DNA of 64,000 nucleotides from an uncultured Acidimicrobiales bacterium (GTDB lineage: Bacteria > Actinomycetota > Acidimicrobiia > Acidimicrobiales > DATKAS01). Location of the stretch: positions 413,938 through 477,937 of the forward strand of contig CAWDJB010000003.1 in the NCBI GenBank assembly GCA_963802505.1. The letters run 5' to 3'. The translations under genes were made by a program, and so were the position numbers. Positions 55,363 to 63,021 of this stretch are shown piece after piece; positions within the stretch are counted from its first letter, which is position 1, and each line of letters starts with the position of its first letter. The notes below the pieces were generated by a model. That model did no database searches. It saw only the letters and a program-made list of their open reading frames with translations, and was not told where the DNA came from.

Positions 55363-58300
55363 TCGAGAGCGGCACGTGGAGCGTCCTGTTCACCGACATC
55401 GTCGGGTCCACCGAGGTGCGCAGCCGGCTCGGTGACGACGCTGCTGATGTCCTGTTCAGCAGGCTCGACGCGGCGGTGTCGAGCGCGATCGACGCGCATC
55501 AAGGCGTGCTCGTCAAAGGCCTCGGGGACGGGCACATGGCTGCGTTCCGAGGCGCGGCCGACGCGATCGGCGCCGCGGTCGAGATCCAGCAGGCGGCGTG
55601 CCGCGAGCAGCTGATCGTGCTCCGCGTCGGCATCAGCGCCGGTGACGCGCGGGCCGAGGGTGACGACCTGTTCGGCACGCCGGTGGTCGAAGCGGCGCGG
55701 TTGTGCTCGGCGGCGAACGGCGGGCAGATCGTCGTCGCGGCACTCGTGCGGCAGCTCGCCGGAACTCGCGGTGGCTATGAGTTCGATCCCATCGGGGCGC
55801 TCTCGTTGAAGGGCCTGTCCGATCCGGTCGAGGCGTGTGTGGTGCGCTGGGAGCCGCTCACCGCGGTGAGCTCGATCGCCGCCCTGCCGCTTCCTCGAGC
55901 CCTCGGATCCACTGAGCAGTTCGCGTTCGTGGGGCGAGCCGACCCGCTCGAGCAGCTGACCGCGGCGTGGAAGATGGTCACCGGGGACGATCCCCATGCC
56001 CGTCTCGTCCTCCTCGCCGGTGAGCCCGGCATCGGCAAGACCCGTCTCGCGACGCAGCTCGCGCGACAGGTCCATCATGAGGGTGCGGTCGTGCTGCTCG
56101 GTCGATGCGAGGAGGAGCTCGGAGTTCCCTACCAGCCGCTCGTCGAGGCGCTCCGGTTCACGATCGACCACGTCGAGCCCGGCGCGCTGCCGAACCTCCT
56201 CGGGCGCTACGGCGGCGAGCTCGCGCGCCTCCTGCCCGAGATCTCGTCGCTCGTGCCCGACCTTCCGCGGCCGACGCGCTCCGATCCGGAGACCGAGCGG
56301 TACCGGCTGTTCGACGCGGTCGTGGAATGGCTGGTCGCGATGAGCAGGGAGCGACCGTTGCTCGTGCTCGTCGACGATCTGCAATGGGCGGGACGGCCGA
56401 CGCTGCTCCTCCTGCGACACATCGTCACGTCAGTGCCGCCGATGCGGCTGCTCATCGTCGGGACATACCGAGACACCGACCTGCAGCGTGGCGACCCCCT
56501 CGCCGACATGCTCGCCGACTTCAGGCGGGTCGAACGCGTCGAGCGGGTTGCGCTGCAGGGGCTCACCACCGACGACGTCGTCGACTTCTTCGAGTGGACG
56601 TCCGGGCAGAAGCAGGGTCGCCGGGGGCGCGACCTCGCCCGCGTCGTGCGCGACGAGACCGAGGGGAATCCGTTCTTCATCGGTGAGGTGCTCCGTCACC
56701 TCGCCGAGACGGGTGTGCTCGTCGAGAGCGAGGGGCGCTGGGCGACGTCGATGCCGCCCGACTCGATCGGTCTCCCCGAAGGCGTGCGCGAGGTCGTCGG
56801 CCGCCGGCTCAGCCGGCTCAGCACCGAGGCAAACGAGGTGCTGCGGGTGGCCGCGGTCATCGGTCGTGAGTTCGATCTCGACGTGCTCGGGCCTGCCTCC
56901 GGGATGCCAGAAGACGACGTGCTGCTCGCGCTCGGCTCCGCGGTGCAGGTGCGTCTCGTCGACGAGGTGACGCTCGACCGGTGGCGCTTCTCTCACGCGC
57001 TCGTGCGCTCCACCCTGTACGACGAGCTCGGCACGAGCCGGCGCGTGCGGCTTCACCGCGCGGTCGCTCAGATCATCGAGGAGCGCCGACCCGACGATGT
57101 GTCCGCGCTCGCTCGTCACTATGGAGAGGCGGCGGTCGCGGGCACCACGGAACAAGCGGTGCGCTACGCGTTGGCGGCCGGTGACCGCTCGCTCGCACAG
57201 CTGGCGAACGACGAGGCCGTGACGTTCTATGCGGGCGCGCTCGACTTGCTCGAAGAGGGCGCCCCCCAACGGGTCTCTGTTCTCGCTCGCCTCGGCGACG
57301 CGCAGCGGCGCGCGGGCGATCCCTCCTACCGGGAGACCTTGCTCGCTGCGGCTGCAGGTGCCCATGACACGGGCGACACGGCGACGGAGGTCGAGGCGGT
57401 GCTCGCGACCAGCCGCGGGTTCTTCAGCGTCGCGGGTCAGCGGGATGACGAACGGGTGAGCGCGCTTCGCGCCGCGCTCGACTCGATCGGGCCGCACGAC
57501 AGCGTGGAGCGGGCGAACCTCCTCGCGACGTTGGGCGCCGAGCTGCTGTTCACGGCCGATCTCGATCAGAGCAAGGCGCTGCTCGGCGACTCTGTGGCCA
57601 TGGCGCGTCGTCTCGGCGACGACGCCGTGCTCGCCCGGACGCTCAACTTCTTCACCGCGGTCCAGGCCGACGTCTTCGACTTGGAGAGCATGCGTTCCAT
57701 GGCGCGGGAGGCCTTGGAGATCGCGGAGCGCACCGGCGATCCTGCGCTGGCCACGATGGCAGCGTCGGGTCTCCACATCCTGGCGTGTCGCGCCGGTGAT
57801 CGAGTCGAGGCCGACGCGGCGCTCGGGCGGCAGATCGAGCACACCGAACGCGCCCGTCAGCCGCTTCTCGTCTTCCTGCTCGCGAATGCGCTCGCGCTTC
57901 GGGCGATCGGAGAGGGGCGACTCGACGAGGGCGAGCGGCTCGCCGAGGACATGTTGGAGGTGGGCTCGGAGTCAGGCCAGCCCGACGCTCTGGTGTTCAT
58001 GTCGGCGCACATCGGACTGCTCTGGGAGGAGGGCCGTCGCGCCGAAGAGGCGTACGCGCTGTACAACGCGGCGGCGACCGTGTTGCCGACCGTCGGCGCG
58101 ATACTCGTCCACGCGCTCGCGGAGCTCGGTGACACCGACCGGGCGCGCGAGCTCTGGCGGGACCTGACCGCGAATGGGGTGCCCGACCTCCCGACCGATC
58201 TGTTGTGGAGCTTCGGCATGTCGTCGTTCGCTGCGGCGTCGTGGTTCCTCGACGATCCGACGTATGCCGCCGAGCTCGGAGGGCAGCTCGAGCGGCTGGC

Positions 58301-58634
58301 CGGTGAGCTGACCTGTTCCGGAGCCGGCTTCCACGGCGCGGTCGACCACTACCGAGGCCTCCTCTCGGCGCTCCGAGGCGAGTACGACCGCGCGGAGGAG
58401 TGCTTTGCGGCGGCAGAACGGCTCGAGAGCGGGATGGACCACGCGCCACGGGTCTGTCGAACCCTGATGGCGTGGGCCGAAGTGATCCAACGCCGCTCGC
58501 CCGACGATGCGGACGTCCAGCGGCGTGCTCTCGACCTGCTCGACCGGGCGGTCGCGCTGGCTGCCGAGCGCGACCTTCCCCGAACACTCGCCCGAGCGGT
58601 CGCGCAACGTGCGGCCCTCGTCGGGTCGGAGTGA
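55359..58634 (+). CDS. Class III nucleotidyl-cyclase-like domain / STAND (AAA_16-type) ATPase / TPR-like repeat protein
   Basis: N-terminus LFTDIVGSTEVRSRLGDD...GLGDGHMAAF...GTPVVEAARL. P-loop LLAGEPGIGKTRLA. About 600 aa of helical repeats. No C-terminal HTH recognised. Confidence 0.8.
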   Translation: MIESGTWSVLFTDIVGSTEVRSRLGDDAADVLFSRLDAAVSSAIDAHQGVLVKGLGDGHMAAFRGAADAIGAAVEIQQAACREQLIVLRVGISAGDARAEGDDLFGTPVVEAARLCSAANGGQIVVAALVRQLAGTRGGYEFDPIGALSLKGLSDPVEACVVRWEPLTAVSSIAALPLPRALGSTEQFAFVGRADPLEQLTAAWKMVTGDDPHARLVLLAGEPGIGKTRLATQLARQVHHEGAVVLLGRCEEELGVPYQPLVEALRFTIDHVEPGALPNLLGRYGGELARLLPEISSLVPDLPRPTRSDPETERYRLFDAVVEWLVAMSRERPLLVLVDDLQWAGRPTLLLLRHIVTSVPPMRLLIVGTYRDTDLQRGDPLADMLADFRRVERVERVALQGLTTDDVVDFFEWTSGQKQGRRGRDLARVVRDETEGNPFFIGEVLRHLAETGVLVESEGRWATSMPPDSIGLPEGVREVVGRRLSRLSTEANEVLRVAAVIGREFDLDVLGPASGMPEDDVLLALGSAVQVRLVDEVTLDRWRFSHALVRSTLYDELGTSRRVRLHRAVAQIIEERRPDDVSALARHYGEAAVAGTTEQAVRYALAAGDRSLAQLANDEAVTFYAGALDLLEEGAPQRVSVLARLGDAQRRAGDPSYRETLLAAAAGAHDTGDTATEVEAVLATSRGFFSVAGQRDDERVSALRAALDSIGPHDSVERANLLATLGAELLFTADLDQSKALLGDSVAMARRLGDDAVLARTLNFFTAVQADVFDLESMRSMAREALEIAERTGDPALATMAASGLHILACRAGDRVEADAALGRQIEHTERARQPLLVFLLANALALRAIGEGRLDEGERLAEDMLEVGSESGQPDALVFMSAHIGLLWEEGRRAEEAYALYNAAATVLPTVGAILVHALAELGDTDRARELWRDLTANGVPDLPTDLLWSFGMSSFAAASWFLDDPTYAAELGGQLERLAGELTCSGAGFHGAVDHYRGLLSALRGEYDRAEECFAAAERLESGMDHAPRVCRTLMAWAEVIQRRSPDDADVQRRALDLLDRAVALAAERDLPRTLARAVAQRAALVGSE

Positions 58635-59602
58635 GCGTCTCGCGGCGGGTGGCGGCTGCGCTCCTCGTCCTCACGGGTTGCTCCGTCACGTCAGGCGCCT
58701 CGGTGACCACGACCACCACCGGTCCCGCGGTCGTGACGACAGCGACGATCACAACGGCCACGCCGCCCGCTCGACCGCGCGCGCCGACCGGTGACTCGGT
58801 CGAGACGATCACGCACGACGGCATCGAACGGCGCTATCTGCTGCATGTCCCCACTGACCTTCCGGTCGACCGGATGGTGCCGCTCGTGCTCGTGCTCCAC
58901 GGCGCGGGTGGGGATCCCGAGGACATCGAAGCCGGCTCGGGCTGGAACGCGGTCGCCGACGAGCGGGGCATGGTCGTGGCCTACCCGGAGGGCGATGGCG
59001 GGGATTGGAACGCGGGCGCGTGCTGCGGGAGTGCTGTCCGCGAGAACCACGACGACGTGGGCTTCCTCGACGCGCTCATCGATCATCTCGACGGCTTCGC
59101 GCAGATCGATCCGGCGCGCGTCGTGCTCGTCGGTCATTCGAACGGCGGGATGATGGCCTACCGGCTCGCGTGCGATCCGGACTCGACGGTGTTCGGCGTC
59201 GCGTCGGTGGCAGGTACGAACATGGCGGGCTGCCCGCCGGCGCACCCGCTGTCCTTCCTCGAGATCCACGGCACCGCGGATCGCGTGGTGCCATTCGGGG
59301 GCGGCTCGACGACCGAGAGCGAGGCCGCCGGCCTTCCCCCGCTCACTCCGGTGGAGGTCTCGGTGACGTGGATGGTGCAGGCGCTCGGATGTGAGACCAC
59401 GCCCGAGGAGGTGACGGTGTCGAAGACGACGACCCAGACCTGGTCGCAATGTCGGGACCGCGTGAAGGCCGGGTTCATCACGTTGACCGGATCGGGTCAT
59501 TCGTGGCCGACCGGGCGGTCGTTCGACGCGACGTCGGCCATCGCGGATTTCTTCTTTGGCGACCTAGGCTCGGCGGAGGCAACGACTACGACCACCGGCT
59601 GA
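58631..59602 (+). CDS. Secreted esterase lipoprotein (PHB-depolymerase / LpqC-like esterase family)
   Basis: GTG 58631 overlaps the upstream stop (GTGA). Lipobox LVLTGC, Thr-rich linker, LVLVLHGAGG, nucleophile elbow GHSNGG. Confidence 0.7.
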   Translation: MSVSRRVAAALLVLTGCSVTSGASVTTTTTGPAVVTTATITTATPPARPRAPTGDSVETITHDGIERRYLLHVPTDLPVDRMVPLVLVLHGAGGDPEDIEAGSGWNAVADERGMVVAYPEGDGGDWNAGACCGSAVRENHDDVGFLDALIDHLDGFAQIDPARVVLVGHSNGGMMAYRLACDPDSTVFGVASVAGTNMAGCPPAHPLSFLEIHGTADRVVPFGGGSTTESEAAGLPPLTPVEVSVTWMVQALGCETTPEEVTVSKTTTQTWSQCRDRVKAGFITLTGSGHSWPTGRSFDATSAIADFFFGDLGSAEATTTTTG

Positions 59603-59620
59603 TCCGAGGAGAACATCGAG

Positions 59621-60082
59621 ATGGCGATCGCGATCGGCGCAGAGGCGCCCGACTTCACGCTGAAGGATCAGGACGGCAACGACGTGACCCTGTCGAGCTT
59701 CCGCGGCCAGAAGAACGTGGCGCTCGTGTTCTTCCCGTTCACGTTCACCGGCGTCTGCCAGGGCGAGCTCTGCGAGCTTCGCGACGACCTGTCGAAGTAC
59801 GAGCGGGCCGAGGTGCAGGTGCTCGCATGCAGCTGCGACAGCCGGTTCGCGCAGAAGAAGTGGGCGGACGAGCAGGGCTACACATTCCCGGTGCTCGCCG
59901 ACAACTGGCCGCACGGCAAGGTGGCGCAGGCCTACGGCATCTTCAACGAGGCCGTCGGCGCGGCGAACCGAGCCACCTTCATCATCGACAAGAACGGCAT
60001 CGTCGTCGACGAGTTCGAGTCGGAGAACCTGGGCACCCCGCGCGGCAAGGCGTCGTACGAAGCCGCGCTCGCGAAGCTCTAG
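59621..60082 (+). CDS. Peroxiredoxin (AhpE/Bcp-like)
   Basis: APDFTLKDQDGNDVTLSSF...VALVFFPFTFTGVCQGELC, a thioredoxin-fold peroxidatic Cys motif. Confidence 0.85.
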   Translation: MAIAIGAEAPDFTLKDQDGNDVTLSSFRGQKNVALVFFPFTFTGVCQGELCELRDDLSKYERAEVQVLACSCDSRFAQKKWADEQGYTFPVLADNWPHGKVAQAYGIFNEAVGAANRATFIIDKNGIVVDEFESENLGTPRGKASYEAALAKL

Positions 60083-60711
60083 AGCCGACGCATCACCGTG
60101 ACGACCTTGCCGAAGATCGTCACGTCTTCAGGGTCGAACGGCATCGGCGCGAGCCGCGAGTTCGCGGGCAACAGCACGACCTGGCCGTCTTTGCGCGTGT
60201 AGGTCTTCACTGTCGCTTCCTCGCCCGGGATTCCGGCGACGACGATGTCACCGGTGCGTGCGACGTGCTGGCGGCGGGCGACCACGTAGTCACCGCTCAA
60301 GATGCCGGCATCGATCATCGAGTCGCCGCGCACACGCAGCATGAAGACGTCGCCGTCGCCCGTGAAGTCGGCGGGCAATGGAAGGAGCTCCTCGACGTTC
60401 TCCTGCGCCAGCACATCGGTGCCAGCGGCCACGTCGCCGACGAGGGGCACGTGGCGAGTCGGACGGCGTTCGATCGCCGCGTCGGACGACGAGTCCCACC
60501 GCACCTCGATCGCTCGAGGCTTCGTCGGGTCACGTCGCAGGTAGCCGAGGCGCTCGAGCGTGTTGAGGTGAGAGTGGACGGTCGACGGTGACGTGAGCCC
60601 GACCGCCTCGCCGATCTCGCGCACAGACGGCGGATAGCCCCGGGCCCGCATGTGCTGCTCGATCACCTGGAGGATCTCGCGCTGGCGGTCGGTGAGGACG
60701 ATCTCCGTCAT
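60079..60711 (-). CDS. lexA: LexA repressor
   Basis: LTDRQREILQVIEQHMRARGYPPSVREIGEAVGLTSPSTVHSHLNTLERLGYL, and a C-terminal S24 peptidase domain (VRGDSMIDAGI...). Confidence 0.95.
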   Translation of the reverse strand: MTEIVLTDRQREILQVIEQHMRARGYPPSVREIGEAVGLTSPSTVHSHLNTLERLGYLRRDPTKPRAIEVRWDSSSDAAIERRPTRHVPLVGDVAAGTDVLAQENVEELLPLPADFTGDGDVFMLRVRGDSMIDAGILSGDYVVARRQHVARTGDIVVAGIPGEEATVKTYTRKDGQVVLLPANSRLAPMPFDPEDVTIFGKVVTVMRRL

Positions 60712-60717
60712 GGCGGC

Positions 60718-60759
60718 ATCGTACGGATGTTCGGCCGATCAGGTCAAACACCCGTTCGA
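60718..60759 (-). promoter_or_regulatory. lexA promoter with two imperfect SOS boxes; probably leaderless
   Basis: The minus strand reads TCGAACGGGTGTTTGACC-TGATCGGCCGAACATCCG-TACGAT-GCCGCC-ATG. Box 1 (60759-60744) overlaps -35 TTGACC. Box 2 CGAACATCCGTACG (60733-60720) overlaps -10 TACGAT. Only 6 nt separate the -10 from the ATG. Confidence 0.55.
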
Positions 60760-60785
60760 CCAGGGCCGATGCATGCTGGTTAGCG

Positions 60786-61084
60786 GTGAGCGAAACCGAG
60801 AACGCAGCACCGCCGCCGGCGGTCGAGCGCTGGGTGGTGAGGTTCGGGGTCACGCTGCCGATCCTGGGTTTCGCGACGATCGTGGCGATCAACCTCACAG
60901 GGCACCGCTGGTGCCCGCCGTGGCGCTCTTCGGAGTCGCGTTGATGGTGGGCGTGCTCGTGCTCATCGAGGCCCACGAGCTGCACATCTCGCCCGCGGCG
61001 GCGTGGCGTCGCCAACGCCACCGGGTGAAGGCGAACACGCGCCTGCCTCGATGGGCCCGACGACGGCGGCGGTCGGCTCCGTGA
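60786..61084 (+). pseudogene. Hypothetical small two-TM membrane protein, frame apparently broken by a 1-nt deletion in GGG at about 60899
   Basis: GTG 60786 gives VSETENAAPPPAVERWVVRFGVTLPILGFATIVAINLTG in frame 3. Frame 2 continues APLVPAVALFGVALMVGVLVLIEAHEL...RRRRSAP. Length is 299 nt (3n+2). No family recognised. Confidence 0.3.
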
Positions 61085-61248
61085 GCATCGTCGGGCGGAC
61101 GTACCTCGAGCGGGGCGAGCCGGTCACGGTGCTCGCACAGTGGCGCACCGGTGACGGCACTCGGCCGATCCGCAACGTCCTCATCAGGAGGGCGAGCGGG
61201 GAGCTGGTCGTCCGGCCGTTCCGGGGTCTGCGCAAGCCTCGGCAATGA
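61081..61248 (+). CDS. Hypothetical small protein (55 aa from GTG 61081)
   Basis: GTG overlaps the upstream TGA (GTGA). Strong G/C third-position bias by eye. VSIVGRTYLERGEPVTVLAQWRTGDGTRPIRNVLIRRASGELVVRPFRGLRKPRQ. No family recognised. Confidence 0.35.
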   Translation: MSIVGRTYLERGEPVTVLAQWRTGDGTRPIRNVLIRRASGELVVRPFRGLRKPRQ

Positions 61249-61404
61249 CTGCGCCGACCTCCGTCGCCGAATCAGACGGGGAATTGGTGCGTCATCGGCC
61301 GTCAGGGGACCGCTCCCGCGCCAATTGCGGCGGGCAGCGAACGCGCGGCGGTGTTCGGGGCCTGTCCGGGGCCTCCGGGGCGTCGGCCGGATGTGACGGA
61401 CGGC

Positions 61405-61464
61405 TCGAACACCCGTTCTTGACAGCGAACAGACGTTCGTGCTTGCATGACGAACGCATGTTCG
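61405..61464 (+). promoter_or_regulatory. Array of three LexA (SOS) boxes upstream of and overlapping the LysM-gene start
   Basis: TCGAACACCCGTTCTT (61405-61420), CGAACAGACGTTCG (61426-61439), CGAACGCATGTTCG (61451-61464, contains ATG 61458). A TTGACA hexamer lies at 61419-61424. Confidence 0.7.
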
Positions 61465-61823
61465 TGACGACCTCGCCCGTCCCTGTTCCTCTCTACATCG
61501 CCCCTCGCCGCGACCTCACGCTGGTGTACCGACGCCGTCGGCTCGCGGCGCTCGTGCTGCTCGTCGTGCTGGTCGTGGCACTTGTCCTCGCCGTGCGTTC
61601 CGTCACGGCGACCCTCGGGGGCGTCCCTGCCTCCGCCCCCGAGGGCACCATCACCGGCCCCCCGGCCCGCGTCGTCGTCGTGCAGCCAGGCGACACCGTG
61701 TGGACGATTGCCCACGCGGTGCAGCCCGACGGCGACGTGCGGCCGTTGGTCGACGCGTTGCTCGCCGATCATCCGGCGCCGCTGCAGCCGGGTGATCGAT
61801 TGCTCGTTCCCTTGCAAACCTGA
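61458..61823 (+). CDS. Membrane-anchored LysM-domain protein (positional counterpart of the mycobacterial SOS-induced LysM gene next to lexA)
   Basis: TM segment LAALVLLVVLVVALVLAV. C-terminal LysM VVVVQPGDTVWTIAHAV...LQPGDRLLVP. Located between lexA and nrdR. Confidence 0.75.
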   Translation: MFVTTSPVPVPLYIAPRRDLTLVYRRRRLAALVLLVVLVVALVLAVRSVTATLGGVPASAPEGTITGPPARVVVVQPGDTVWTIAHAVQPDGDVRPLVDALLADHPAPLQPGDRLLVPLQT

Positions 61824-61837
61824 CCACTACCGTCGCG

Positions 61838-62329
61838 GTGGTGCGGTGTCCGAATTGCGCTTCTCTCGATGACAAGGTCATCGACTCGCGCACCGCGGAC
61901 GATGGCTCGGCGATCCGCCGACGCCGTGAGTGTCTTGCCTGTGGCAGCCGGTTCACGACCTTCGAGCGACTCGAGGAGCTCCCGCTCATGGTCGTGAAGC
62001 GCTCAGGTGAGCGCGTGCAGTTCGAGCGGTCGAAGGTCGTCGAAGGGGTGCTCGCGGCGGCCAAGGGCCGTCCGGTGTCCCTCGATCAGATCGAGTCGCT
62101 CGCGGGCGAGGTCGAAGAGGGGTTGCGCCTCGAGGGCGGTGGCGACGTCGCGACCGAGCGCATCGGGCTCGCGGTCCTCGACCGGCTGCGGGTGCTCGAC
62201 GAGGTCGCGTACGTGCGCTTCGCGAGCGTGTACAAGAGCTTCGACGAGGCCGACGACTTCGCACGCGAGCTCACGCTGCTGCGCAAGAGCACGGAGCCGA
62301 AACGCTCCTACCGCGACCCCGACGCCTGA
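61838..62329 (+). CDS. nrdR: Transcriptional repressor NrdR
   Basis: Zinc ribbon MVRCPNCASLDDKVIDSR...RRRRECLACGSRFTTFE, followed by an ATP-cone. Confidence 0.95.
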   Translation: MVRCPNCASLDDKVIDSRTADDGSAIRRRRECLACGSRFTTFERLEELPLMVVKRSGERVQFERSKVVEGVLAAAKGRPVSLDQIESLAGEVEEGLRLEGGGDVATERIGLAVLDRLRVLDEVAYVRFASVYKSFDEADDFARELTLLRKSTEPKRSYRDPDA

Positions 62330-62997
62330 ACGACGTATCGAAAGAAGAGCGACTCGTCTTCTTCGAGGACGTGCACGAGCGACAAACGCTTGAACGCAGT
62401 GAGCGCGCCGTGCGCGACCCGTGACGAAGTGCCCGCGACGAGAGCGGGTGACAAGGTGAGTGCGAGCTCGTCGACGAGGTCGTGTGCGATCAGCTGGCCG
62501 TTGATCGATGGTCCGCCCTCGGCCATGACGATGTTCGCTCCGAGACGATGCAGCTCCGTGAGTGCTGCGGCGAGGTCGACGTCGTGTTCGCCAGAGCGGA
62601 TCGTGGGGATGTGATCGGGCACCGTGCCCGCGGTCTGCGTCGTGACGATCAGCACCTGCCCGCTCGTCATGAGCGGCGAGGCCCAGTCGATCTCGAGCGA
62701 GCGGCTGATGATCGCGATGCGGAGGTCGGCCCGCTTGGGAGGCCCGTAGTGCTCGGCCCGTGCCGTGCCGGCACCGACGAGCACCATGTCGGCGTGCTCG
62801 CGCATCGTGGCGAAGACGGCCTTGTCGCCCGGACCCCCGAGTGGTCCCGACACGCCGTCGACCGCGGTGGCGCCATCGGCGCTCGCGATCATGACGAGGT
62901 ACACCCACGGCCGCCCGTCGTGCGCAGCGCGGCTCGAGTCGGCGTACGCGTCGGCGACGCTCACAGACTCGACCGGATCGGGATACAGGCGGCGCAT
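62308..62997 (-). CDS. RibD C-terminal domain / dihydrofolate-reductase-like pyrimidine reductase family protein
   Basis: VMIASADGATAVDGVSGPLGGPGDKAVFATMREHADMVLVGAGTARAE...MAEGGPSINGQL. 22-nt convergent overlap with nrdR. Confidence 0.7.
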   Translation of the reverse strand: MRRLYPDPVESVSVADAYADSSRAAHDGRPWVYLVMIASADGATAVDGVSGPLGGPGDKAVFATMREHADMVLVGAGTARAEHYGPPKRADLRIAIISRSLEIDWASPLMTSGQVLIVTTQTAGTVPDHIPTIRSGEHDVDLAAALTELHRLGANIVMAEGGPSINGQLIAHDLVDELALTLSPALVAGTSSRVAHGALTAFKRLSLVHVLEEDESLFFRYVVQASGSR

Positions 62998-63021
62998 CTC
63001 AGGGTGATCTTGGCAGGACGG

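Noticed and set aside
61338-61357. CGAAC-N10-GTTCG upstream of the triple SOS-box array.
   Set aside because: The half-sites are right but the spacing is 10 nt rather than 4. It is not counted as a LexA box.
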